Source: Phoronis australis | Lineage: Eukaryota; Animalia; Phoronida | Reading direction: 5' to 3' | Assembly (NCBI GenBank): GCA_002633005.1 | Contig: NMRA01000034.1 | Coordinates: forward strand, 142,136-206,135 | DNA: 64,000 bases | Part shown: positions 26,001-38,100 of the stretch, one piece after another | Layout of the letters: each line of letters begins with the position of its first letter | How positions within the stretch are numbered: the first letter of the stretch is position 1 | The notes under the pieces: model-generated | What the model was told of the DNA's origin: nothing | The model's input: the letters and a program-made list of their open reading frames with translations, nothing else | The model's database searches: none | Made by a program: the position numbers and the translations under genes

Positions 26001-26714
26001 CACAAAACTTCAAAATATCAAAGAATTCCTCCAGGGCCAACTAAAATAGAGAGAGACATCTAATAACGTTTTCCTTCATGTGATGCCAACAGAGACCAGA
26101 AGTGCAATAAAACCAAACTGATATTCAAGCATAGTCACAACTTAACAGACATAAACAACTGCGCCAACTAGTCATTTGGCTGAACACTAAAAACAACCAA
26201 GTTCATTTTTCTTTGAACAAAAACAGTCACCCAGTGATTAAATAAAAGACGACATGTTCTTCACTAGAATCCAACAGCATGACAATGGTAAAATCTCCTC
26301 AAATCTGGACAAAGGGTATTGTTAGATTTGTCCATTTTACATTTACCAAGGACTCCTTGCATAGTTGGGCATGCTTGTAACTTTTCAACCTGTTACACTA
26401 TGTAGGTCTCTACAAGACAACGTGCAAACAATGGTCTTGTCCTATATGAAAAAATGAGCACTAATCCCACTTCCCCTCCCCAATTTATCATGAATTAGTG
26501 AAATTTTACCATTGCCTTTTAATTATACCAACCAAGGTAACGATTTCTCGAATGTTTCATCACTCATATAGCATCCTCTGTTCTTGCAGTTTTCAAGACA
26601 TTGCTGAAACACGAAGGAGCTGTCACCCAAAGAAGCCTGGGTTGACTGTAATAGATTCAGGAGCAGAACTCCCAGCAGTGGTAACCATGCCAACCAATGA
26701 TAGGTGAACATCAT
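17034..26714 (-). CDS. PGAP3: Post-GPI attachment to proteins factor 3 (Per1-like, CREST superfamily), 337 aa
   Basis: Exons 26714-26533, 25917-25803, 24085-23933, 20716-20654, 19040-18842, 17884-17680, 17130-17034, phase-consistent (1014 nt). Signal peptide followed by ASLGD..F..C...C, W.C.DEC...CMW, QFYGKWPF.R..GIQEPASVLFS, FH.RD..LTE..DYFCA, FDYGYNM, LELLDFPP...LDAHALWH. Confidence 0.96.
18563..18807. mobile_element. Short CAGGG-terminated MITE with a 5-bp TSD (hAT5-like)
   Basis: CAGGGCTTGGAAT...ATTCCAAACCCTG flanked by ATAAT on both sides (18558-18562, 18808-18812). Confidence 0.75.
19012..19448 (-). repeat. 44-bp minisatellite (10 copies) made of the PGAP3 intron4/exon5 junction
   Basis: Minus-strand unit tgtgtatattgtttcag|ATGGTCGACTACTTCTGTGCCACCCTG. 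Acceptor positions (CTGAAA on +) at 19041, 19085, 19129, 19173, 19217, 19261, 19305, 19349, 19393, 19434. Confidence 0.95.
19593..20097. mobile_element. Tc1/mariner-type MITE with TA TSD
   Basis: TA|CCGGGAATTTCCAAAA ... TTTTAGAAATTCCCGG|TA inverted termini. Confidence 0.75.
21620..23745 (-). mobile_element. Complete HINE/DINE-1-like non-autonomous Helentron element with expanded central tandem repeats
   Basis: Read on the minus strand: T-rich start, subTIR ATGCGCCCAC (23742-23733) in a hairpin, short GTCC-type microsatellite, ~14 central repeat units, inverted subTIR (21655-21646), then a 3' stem-loop CAACG..CGTTG and CTCTT. Contains a near-exact ~431-bp internal duplication (21953/22384). 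Confidence 0.85.
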
Positions 26715-27447
26715 CCTTCAAGCACTTCTTTGTCTGTAACATAACATTCCTGCTGAAGTAAATGTCATCAAAGTAGAAACTGAAAGAAGTAGCACGGATT
26801 TCAAGTTTTATTTATTATCATAGATAATTAAACTTTCAAAATGTCATGTTTGGTCAGTGTTAGCAATAAATGAATGCAAGGCAATACATAATGAATGACC
26901 AAATTTTCATTTTACTAATCACATTACAAGACTTTTAATAGGAAGCTAATGACACAAATAATAACGATATTCATGGTCAACGTTTCGATTTAATACCTAA
27001 ATCATCAAATCCTCGTTACTGTCAAATGGGTTTCCTGGTTCATACGCTAACAGATTTTTTTACCTAAACAAGTCAATGTACCATCAGTTGATTACGGACC
27101 TGAACAAGAGAAAGTTCATATCTTCCTACCCTATTTCCAGATGTAAGCATTCTGGTGATGTTGTGAGCGGCCTTATGAGCATGCACATTAATTAACGCAA
27201 ATAAATCATTTCAGCCACGAATGTTACCGATTGAATTAGGAAAACTGGAGGTATGTATGGAATTTATTGGCTTTGATGTCAACAAATATAACTAGTGAAC
27301 GTGTTGCAGTCGCAGATAAAATGTGTGACGTAAATTGCACCCACATTGATATGCTTTGAGAACTTTATTCCGGAAGTGCCTCGCAGGCGACCATATTAGT
27401 ACTCTTTCACAGTGCTATGAAAGTTAGCACTGTGGAATGTTGTTTAA

Positions 27448-28634
27448 CATGGCTTCTCATTCATTAAAGTAATGAAACCGACGTCATAACATTCAGTCAT
27501 TCCCATTGCTTGAAATCTAGGAACCCCCTTCAGTTTTCTGTTACGTGGTATGGCCACCACCTTTAACTTGAATAGTTGTAATTCATTAAAACGGGTATTG
27601 ATTGAAGTAAACAAAATCAAAGAAACCCTGATGAATGACTTAAGCCCAAACAAGTTCAGTGCATAGCAGGTGTGTGCAAGACGTGGCAATGTATTTGCAT
27701 GTGTATTGATGCCCACACACCGAATTCCGTGTCATTCATCATGTTTCCACAGGGCCACTTTTCAGTATAGGTGGCAGTGGCGGATTTAGAGGGGGGCCAT
27801 GGCCCCCCTAAAATTCTCCCAGATTCCATTTGGCAGTATGGGGGTGCGAATGTCTGACGGACAAAATCCTGGCTAATATTCTGCCCTGCCCCCCCCCCTA
27901 ACTCAAAATCTTGGATTCGCCTCTGGGTGGTGCTGTGTCAGAGGGTACCGATGACTGTTCTGAAACCCCCTCGACTCCCACATCCCTCGACCCCCTTGAC
28001 TCATGGCCACCTTGACCCACAACCCCCTCGACCCATGACCCACGACCAAAATCGGTAACTCGCCATTTTTACACTGTGCATGCCAGGGGATGACATACCA
28101 CCTACCGTGTGAGTTACTGATTTTGGGAACTGAACGAGGGACTGCTCAAAGAAAACGTTTGATAACGGGAGTATTTCGTCGAGTTGGAAGGAATTAAATA
28201 GATCGACGGCCTCCTAATTGTCCCTCTATGCGCAAAAGGTATTTATAACATGACTTTGATGTTTTAGTCAGTGTGAGGCATACTCTTTCACATGGCTTCT
28301 CATTTGATGAAACTGACATCATAACATTAAGTCATTCCCATTGGTAAATTGGTTGAAATCTGGGAAACCCTTTTCATTCAGTCAAACTGTTACGGCGACC
28401 ACCTTTGACTTGTCAAACAGTTGCAATTTATTAAAACGGGTAGTGATTGAAGTAAAAAAAATCAAGGGAACCCCGATCCAGTGGCTAAGCCCAAACAATA
28501 CAGTGCATAGAGGGCGTGTGCAAGTGGTGGCGATGTGATTGATAAACCTCCGACCAAGCATGCGCATTGATGCCAACACACGGAATTCTGTGTGTCATTC
28601 ATCATGTTTCCACAGGGCCACTTTTCATTATAGG
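27448..28634 (+). repeat. Diverged ~330-bp direct duplication (27448-27772 and 28291-28634)
   Basis: CATGGCTTCTCATT...GTCATTCCCATTG...TTAAAACGGGTA...GTGTCATTCATCATGTTTCCACAGGGCCACTTTTCA in both copies. Confidence 0.85.
27775..27925. mobile_element. CAGTGGCGGAT-type MITE with a 5-bp TSD
   Basis: CAGTGGCGGATTTAG...TTGGATTCGCCTCTG flanked by GGTGG on both sides (27770-27774, 27926-27930). Confidence 0.75.
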
Positions 28635-28984
28635 TCAGAGGGCATGTGAGGCATAATTCGCCGAAAAGCTTTCGGCGTATGAAGCTCCTATACTAGGAGC
28701 CACCTAGAGACCGTGATCGCTGTCTCTGTCAGTGTCACACCGACACACTGACAGTAAGTTGAGTAACACTGTGTCAGTGTGGCTGTAGCCCGTGCCACCT
28801 CAGAGATCACCACACACTTGAGCATTTAGATATAGTGTGTCCCCTCACTGTTGTGAAATATTCGTAGTTTCTGAGTTTGCATTCAACCAATGTAAAAGTT
28901 AGAAAAAGAATAACTTGAAACTCACACACAGAAACTCCTAGATTAAGATTCGCCGGCAATTTCACAGCGACACCTGTAGCGCAA

Positions 28985-29075
28985 ATGGACTGTTTAACGA
29001 TCTCTAATTGGCTGAATCTTTTGCAAATGAACCAATCATAAACAGTATTACATTTGTAAATTACTTCCGTGTCAG
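28985..29075. promoter_or_regulatory. Probable bidirectional promoter for PGAP3 and AVL9
   Basis: Lies between the divergent genes. ATTGG at 29007-29011 and CCAAT at 29032-29036 (opposite orientations), ETS/GABP-like ACTTCCG at 29063-29069, and a minus-strand GTGAGT donor at ~28925 that fits a PGAP3 5'UTR exon. Confidence 0.55.
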
Positions 29076-29157
29076 CAGGTCAGGGATAAAATAAGTAAAA
29101 TCAATCGTATTTATTTGTAGTTGAGTTCATTTTCAAGTGGTTAACATAAAATGAAGC

Positions 29158-32100
29158 ATGAATAGCGCTGCTGGAAAACGAAAAAGTCCAATTCTGCACG
29201 TAATTGTGGTGGGATTTCATCACAAGAAAGGATGTCAGGTAGATATTGTGGGTTCTATTTCCAGTTTCCACACCACTCTCCAGGCCGAACAGGAGTGGCA
29301 CTCTTCTCTGTCTCTACTCGAGTGACCTGTGCTGTGTAGTTCAATTCAGCTTTAGACAGTACCACCATCCCTACTTAGAAGTAGAGACAGTGGTGCTCCT
29401 GCACAGGCGACGCAGCACTGAAATAAGTGGGGAGCTATAGCCCCTCCCCCCTAGGCAATGACCATCGCCTCTGTTGGCCCGAACCAGAGGCGATGCAGAG
29501 GCTATGAGCGCTCTGTACGCCGGAAGCTTTTCGGCGAATTATGCCTCCCACCGACTAAACCATCAAAGTCACGTTGTTACAAATACCTTTTGCGCATAGA
29601 GGAACACCTTAGGAGGTTGTCGATGTGTTTAATTCCTTCCAACTCGAACAAATACTCCCACTATAAAACTTTTTCTTCGAGCAGTCCCTATTTCAGTTCC
29701 CAAAATCGTGAAATCAAAATTTTCATTTTTTTTAACCAGGCCGAAGGTCAGAAGTTGCGGTCCTACCAGCGAACTTTGAAAGCTGAAGTTCCCGCCCTTT
29801 GCGTACGTGCTGCCGGGAACCAGCCGTGCATTTGCCGTGTTGTTAAACATTAAAATGTCAAATATGTTTACAAAGACTATTAAATGTCATATCAATTTTT
29901 ATCAAATACAAACAATAATTCATTCAAGTAACGCCAATTAAAGACAGTGGCATTTTGGAAACGAACATTTGACTGACAAGATCGCAATGGCCCACCTTTG
30001 GCCTATTTAAAGATTGAGTTCATGAAGTCACATCACCTAGCGAGCGCGGTAAAAATTGGAGCGTGCGCAGTATAAAAAAATGTTGAGTTCACGATTTTGG
30101 GAACTGAAATAGGGACTGCTCGAAGAAAAAGTTTCATAACGGGAGTATTTGATCGAGTTGGAAGGAATTAAACACATCGACAACCTCCTAAGGTGTTCCT
30201 CTATGCGCAAAAGGTATTTATAACAACGTGACTTTGATGGTTTAGTCGGTGCGAGGCATAATTCGCTGAAAAGCTTCCGGCGTACAGAGCGCCTATAGCC
30301 TCTGCATCGCCTCTGGTTCGGGCCAACAGAGGCGATGGTCATTGCCTACTCCCTCCCCAGCCCCCTATGTAGCCAGCCAGCTAGCTGTATGATGACTGTT
30401 GTCAAAATACAGCTAGGTCCCACTGCGTGTATTTCTTCCATAGACCCCGAAATTGCACACAGCCAGGGTAGTTCTGCCTGTCACCTCGCCGTGAAACTTG
30501 TATCAACATGTAAAGCTGAAGACCGGACGGGGTGCATGCAAAATCTGGGAATCAACCGATACTCACCTTGCCCGTTACAGCCGTTTAAGTGAAAAACAAT
30601 GCAATAAAAGTCATTTTCTTGCGTAACTCTCCGCCTTTTCCAACAATGAAAAGTATGTCGTCATTTCGAAAACAATACGCTCGTGTCACGCGCACGCGCC
30701 ATTTTCTAAATTTTCGCGACAACTTCGGAGAAGCAAAATTTGTTCTGAAATTCGGTTTTTCGGTATCGGAATTCTAAAAAATTATAATGAAGTGAAACCA
30801 GTTCCAATAATTTGTTGTGACGTGTACGCAAGCTCGTGAAAGAACAGCAGTTGATTGAAGAGTTGATGAAAAAAGAAACTGGCCAATAGATGACGCAATA
30901 TTTCATGGCACCGAAAGCCGTCGCTGAAGATCGCTCCACAACTTTAGCAGCAAAATAACGGTAGAACGCCATTTTTTCCAACACTGTTAAATAATTTTGT
31001 TTACTCAAGGAAGACTGTAGTTTTTAATGACACTAATTTTTTGCAAAAGGCATAACAACATGACTTTGGTTTGATCTGTGTCAGGCATAATTCTCCGAAA
31101 ATGTATGAAGGCCCTATGGGAGCACCATTGTCTCTACTGCTCTGTAGAGATGGGTTCACTGTCTAAGTCAACTTTGGCCACAAAAACATATTTTTGTTAG
31201 GACATACCTCTAGTATACATCCGACAAATAAGTAAAGAAGGAACTAAATTGTATGCCATTACTCAGTAACCCCGGTACGTCAGCGCCAGAAGTGTGGCAA
31301 GGCTTTCAATCTCACCACTGCCACGCCACTGCCACTGTGTGGTGCATATGTTGATTGCTGTGATTGACTGTTGCTTGACCTTCGATCAGGGTCATTCATT
31401 GTCTGACCACGATTGAAGGTCAAGCAGCTGGTAGTCACGTGTCTCAAATATGTAGTGCTGAGGTTGCGTGCCTCGCAGAGCAGCAGAATATCATGTGCGT
31501 CAAGTACTGGCAAGATTGTGAACCTCACCAGGACTTCCGCCACATCAATGATTCTAGATAATGGCATACACACTACTCCCTTCTTTCCTTCTTGTGTATA
31601 TACTACAGAAATAATAGGAATGTTTTAACTGGTCAAAATAAACTCACATAGCTCAGGCTTGCTGAGGCAAAACTCGGCCAAGCCCAGACCACGGGAGCTT
31701 GTATCGATCATTCTAGAACATACACACCTCTCATTTTCGATATATTCAACGCACAAGTAACGAGCATCAAATCTGCTCTAAGTCACATGAAGTTGTCAAT
31801 GATTAATCTTGCATTATTATGTAATTGAGCCATAACCTGACCCCAATTGTGGTTAAGATTGCAGACGGTCCAATACCTGAATTGCATCAGACACATAGGT
31901 TTGGCCCATTGCACAAAACACCCACTTTAAAACTTATGAGAGCCATTTTTATGCGCCCACATATTTATGTGTGGACGCATTATGCCGTCATCTCTGGCCG
32001 TCCGTCCGTCCGTCCGGGCGGCGTCCGTCCGGCGTCCGGCGTCTGGCGTCCGGCGTCCGCTACTCTATCTCCAAAACCCTTTGACATACGTTCATGAAAT

Positions 32101-35100
32101 TTGGCACATATGTTCCATTCATGAATGGGACGGCATGTGCGAACTTTCGGACGGATCCGACTACCGGTGTGCCCCCTAGTGGCAATTTTAGTTTTTTACG
32201 CTTACCTTTGTATCTTCAAAAGTATTGAACGGATTTTCATGAAATTTGGTATGTAGGCACCTATTAGTGAGATGACGCTATCCTACTGTTTTCAGATGGA
32301 TTCGACGTAGTTTGCGCCACCTAGTGGCCATTTTTACTGTTTTCGAGTCTGTATTTTTGCGTCCACCCCTCTATCAACCAAACCGCTCAAAGGATGATTG
32401 TGAAAATTGGCGTGTATGTGCTTACTATAAGGAAGACAGCTGACAATGATTTTCAGACGATTTGGACTACTGTGGCGCCTCCTAGTGGCAGTTTTGTTTT
32501 TTTGCGCCCATGGCTGTATCTCCCAAACCGTTTGCAGGATCTTTACTAAATTTAGCAAGTGTATTTATGTGATGTTGACAACGGACGATGACGACTTTAG
32601 GATGATTCTGACTACCGGTATGCCTCTAGTGGCAATTTTAGTATTTGCCTCTAGTGGCAATTTTAGTATTTTACATTGACCTCTGTATTTTCATAGGTCT
32701 TCAGGTGTATACTTTGTGTTACTTCGTGACTGTGAAGGAAAAGTTCCAAGTAGAAATTTGTTTCTGGCATTCTAATGCTGTGCTAATCTCGTATGTTGGT
32801 AAATTTGTTTTTAATTCTATGTTTCTGTGGTGCTTTAAGCAACTGGTGTATAGGATGTGCTTGTATTATGAAGATTACTCACATTTTGCCCCTAGCCTAT
32901 TGAGGAGACAAGGACCATGCCTTTCCATTTTGCAATGTAGAACATACTACATATATGCCCTCTACTGGCCACTTTATGGTACCAATAAACAACCCTAGAA
33001 GGATACCGTATGCGGTGCAATTGTGGGCGCATTTCAACGCTCTGCGTTGCTCTTGTATGTATTAATAGGCTAGGCTCTTGCAGTGAGAGCTTTCAGAAGT
33101 CTGTAGCCGTGTACAAGTTGGCCACATTCGTCTGTCACTGATGCTTGGTATTTGAACCAAGTTACTGTCCGCAGATAATGTCCACAGTCATCACTGCTTC
33201 TGCTTGTCTAGTCGTATCACTTAACCTTCTACCTAGAAGGATCAGTCATTCCCCAGAACAAGTTTGGTTCTCTCAGTTTTGATTCTGTTAAAGGGTAGTA
33301 GGGTCCAGTGATTCCCTAGAGCAAATGTCCACAGCAGAAGTTGCTTCCACCCGCACTCTGTATATAAAGTCCCTAAAATGAGGGCAAAAGATATCAAACC
33401 TCAGGGCTAATGCTTGTAGCCGAGAAGGTCTGAGCACACTAAAGTTATTCTCCACTTCATATGGGATATCTCCTGTTTTGAAGGGGGTTACCCAGATGAG
33501 TGTCCTGTGATTCAGATGTATTTGCTCATTAGAGTGTTTACCAACAATAGGGTAAAGTACTTTTATATTAATTTAAAGGAACTTTAAACTCTTGTTCAGT
33601 GAATCACATTTTGCAACCTGTAGGCTGCATTTCAGTAAATTTGCTCACGAGCTCTTAGCAATGCTTGGTTGCTCAATTAACTTGGCACACATGTCAACCA
33701 CAAACATTATACATTCAGTTTATTTCACACACCCGAACAAGTCAACTTAATTTATGCGAAATAAAATAACTTAAAATATGTTGCTAACTTCAACGAGCCA
33801 AATACTTCTGCAAGTGTTGCATTGTCATCCAATGGCCGAGAGATGCAGAATCTCCAACTGCCGCAAAACCAGACTTGATGTCTGGACCAAGCGGAGAATC
33901 TTGGGAGTGACCACTACTCTACCAAGGCTTTCTTCATATTATGCTGACATAGTAAGTTTACACCGAGTATAAGTTTCATAGTTATGCATTATGCTTTTGT
34001 CTTGTTTCAGCTTGAGTATTCTTATCCACCTCTTATTGATGGTCAGTCTGTGGAGAGTCACGAATTGCCACAGGAATGGAAGCATCTGCCTTCAATGGCC
34101 CTGCCTGATGGAGCCCACAACTATGAGAAAGGTTAGCCAAAATACCTACAACCTTAAACAGTATCACTCTAGGTCAACAATAGTCTGTGGTGAGAATCGG
34201 AATATTTTTCAGAATCGATTATTTAGAAAGTGCTTCTGCTTTGAGGCAGGAGTCTGATTTGGTTTTGATTGACGTCAACGAGTACTTGCAAGGCCGTTTG
34301 TCATAATGGGCAATGGGACTGGGTCAAAACATGGAGGTTTTGTTTATCTTGCGAACAACAGGTGACGCTGCTTTACGCTATCAGATTAAGATTTGCATAG
34401 GACTGAATTGATTTCGCCCCATTTACTTGAATTTTCAATTTAGCTTGATCCCAGAATCAATTTCACTACATATTTCGATTCAATATTTTTCTTGAGATAC
34501 AATATGATTGCCAGTTGTTTAAATTATTTTATCTATAGTATAAAATATTTTTAGTTATTTCATGCAATAGGTTCATTAGAGTCAAGATATAGTGACTTCC
34601 ATCATTAGAATGTAGTTAGGGGATTTGCTATTAGTGTGTAGCACAATTAGTTTTCAAAATAAACTTGAAAGATTTTGACAGAACTCTGCCCAGTTTGGAC
34701 AAACTTCTTGACAGAATTATTTGGCAGTTTAGTTGAACTTTTGTCAGTCAAAAATTCACTGTGACCTTATCATGTCTTTGCTGCTAATTCTTTATTAATG
34801 GTTCGACATAGCGTGGGAATTAATTGCTGTTGAGATTTTGTCGAGATTTAACCAGAATCTGATTGTAGTGGAAAAGAAATGGCTCTTTAGTCATGGCTTT
34901 GTGCGTGGCAATGTTTGTCAAACTTCCTTGTTGTCCAGAATGTTTTGAACACTGTTCTGGCTAACCCCATTTTGAAAGTAGTGAAGGGTGATTTCAGTGC
35001 TCATCTAGAATCGACTGACCTAGTATAATTATTGTCTAGTGTTACTATTGCAATTTAACCTTGATGCTGATGTTTTCCAACACTGTCGAAACTTGTCCAG

Positions 35101-38100
35101 TCATATATTCTGTGAAACTTTTCCTGATGACTGTTTCTGATACTCATTAATTTCTTTTTCATGCATGTTAAATTTTTCCTGATGACTGTTTCTGATACTC
35201 TTTAATTACTCTTTCATGCATGTTAAATTATGCTGTGAATTATTCAAATTTCCCCTAGTATTGTTTCTCTACATAAGACCATACTGTTTGTTTCAGATAC
35301 AGTGTTCTTTAATTTGACGTCATGTGATGGCAGTAGCAAGACTGTATATGGCATTTCTTGCTATCAACAGATTGACGCCCAGGTAATGGCTTTGATGCAA
35401 TTTGTTTTTAGATTTCAACCGTTCTTCGTTGTTTCTCAGGGCTGTTCCAGCAAAATCTGTGTGGGGGGGGGAGGCAACTGAAATAAAAATTTATGGGTGG
35501 TTGCGTTTGATTTAAATTCAAAATGGCTGGTGGTCGTACTTCAAAAAAATAAAAATTTACAGGTCGTTGTTGTTTCATTGGGCCATAAATGTTTGATGGT
35601 GGGTAATTTTAGTAAATTTTATAAACAATCCGCACAGAATCAAAAACTGAAACAAAAATGCAACTTGCAAAAAGCTCCGACTTTTTCACTCCCTCCGATC
35701 TCCTCATCGGCATGCCCATAACACCATTTAACCGCAGGTGTTCGAATTTCTCGACAGCTAATAACCATATATAAGAAACATAATGTTTTCTTAGTAATGA
35801 ATGACGTTAGTGGTGATGGAGGAACAGATAAACTCAAGCGCCTGTGCAGTCAACCACAAGAACAAAAAAATTATGGGTGGTTGCATTTCAAACTTATAAA
35901 AAATTACGGGTGGTAGGCTGAAGAAATAAATGAAAAATATGGGTGGTGAGTGCGAAAAAAGGTGCCTTCCCCCCTCCCATACAGATCTTACTTGAACAGT
36001 CCTCAGATATTTGACTTTTTTCTCGTTACGCATTCTAAGCTTTTCTATGTTGTTTCATTCACCACATAAATGTAACTACAGTGCACCACAAAAGTTATCG
36101 GACAATATACCGTTTCCCTGCCGGAATCATTTACAACCGATCATTATACAGTGTATGTCAAAAGTATTCAGACAAAATGTCCCAAATATTCCCCGTTATG
36201 ATGACTGAGCTGAAGCCAAATTCTTGGTCATAATGATTCTCCCTTGTGACCTGGAACGAAATGGCTAAGCCATTCTGTAATTTATCACTTTAATATCTAC
36301 TACCACAGACTAGCTGTCATTATGGCATTTTGCCTGATTAGGTTTGTCTTGTACTATAGCTACTCTGATGGTGATTTCCATATGTGCTCAGCCTTCTTTC
36401 ATGACTGGGAATTCCACTTGGTGGGAAATTACGTGTAATGATAATATTTGGAATGTGATCGTACAAGTTTAAGTAAGAGTGACAAACAACCTCCAGTCTG
36501 AACTGGGTATAAACTTTTTCAACAAAGGTCCTATATTCTGAACGTAAAAGTATGCAAATTTAAAATGCTATGAATTGTCTGATTGGTTGTATCAGGTGGT
36601 GAAAAATGTCAGTCATTGGTTAGCGCTAATTGTTGATAAGCCAAATCTGCTTACAGTAATAGTTTAGCTTCGATTGTTCAGCACTTGATTCTGTCCATTG
36701 TACAGATATAGAATGCAATAAATGTTGATTTCCTGTTGTAGATTCAGTAGTTAGAAAAGTTTATTTTCAATTCTAAAATTTAATCGGAAACCACCTTTTA
36801 TATATCTGGTGACATTTTTATTGTCGTGCTCAGTTTGTTTCGGTTGCTCTTCATGTTCAACACACATTGTGTTTTGTTGTTCACAGGAACTGCTGAATAA
36901 AACAGCTGATGTGACTCGTAGCACTGTCCAGAAGGCTGTCTGTGTCCTCAGCACCATGGTTTGTTCTGATCTTTTGCTGGCGATTTGTTGTTGGTGATAA
37001 GTCATGCTATCCTTTCACACAATAGGTGGTGATGTTGTGTTCCCTTTGCCACTGTTGCCTACGGATACGGTTGATGCTGTTAGCATGTTTCATACTTATA
37101 AGACATTAGTTTCTAAATGATTTTTGTTTTACCTGTCTTCTTATAGTATGTCAGCTGAATCATGATTTAGTGGAACAATGAAACCTTCGTTGGCAGAATC
37201 CTTTACTACTCTGTGGTCTGCTTTAGGGGCCTGTTAACATTTGATGTTTGAGCTAGCTGAGTTTTGTAAACGCTGTTCAATTTACCGCAGGATGTGGGGG
37301 ACTAGTGGGCTCTTATTAAGTAATTCAAAACAAACAAAATTTATATTAACTTCATTTTATTTATCAGTAAATGAACAAACTTATGAACATATCAATAAAC
37401 TAGAAGACACTGAATAACAGAAAATTATATTGTGGTGATTGAAATTTAAGAGTGCGGAAAAACCTTGTTCAAGGCACAGACAGAAAAATTATGGATTAAG
37501 TTTGGTAAAAAATTTACATACGGAAGTTTTGAAAAAGTTTTGGGACAGAAGTTAGTTTGTAAAAAGACCCTTTGCCTGGTATGATGGTGAAGCATGGTCT
37601 GCTCTATAAAGCCACCATTAAGAAAATCTTGGCATATAAATAATTATGTAAATCGTAGTAGGTAAAGTTTTAATCATTTTAACATTTGCATATTAAAACA
37701 GATGAATTGTTTTGGCAAATATTTTTGTACGAAGTGAATGGAAAGTTTCAGTGGTCACAGTGATTGACACCATTTCCATTGTTGTTTTGCTCCCACCAGC
37801 CCCTGTTTGGTGTTATCAAAGCCAAGCTTCAGATGATCACACACGTGTACTTCAACCAGCGTGACTTCACCACTGTGTCCCTGTTAGAGGAGACTTACAA
37901 CAACCTCGTGGCCTGTGTGCAGGAGACCAGTGTTGATTCTCAAGTGTTTGTAGGTAAATATTCAGTGACTATGAAGAAGCATGTAATTGTGTTGTTACAA
38001 ATCACCGTATTGATATGGTACAAGCAAGAGTTATTAGTCTTCATACACATCATATGTTGGTCACGTCACATGATCTGTAGTTAAGTCTGAAAAGATCTCT

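Noticed and set aside
29458-30342. Two near-identical ORFs (MTIASVGPNQRR...) on opposite strands
   Set aside because: They are the two arms of one inverted-repeat element, with no recognisable domain or splice support.
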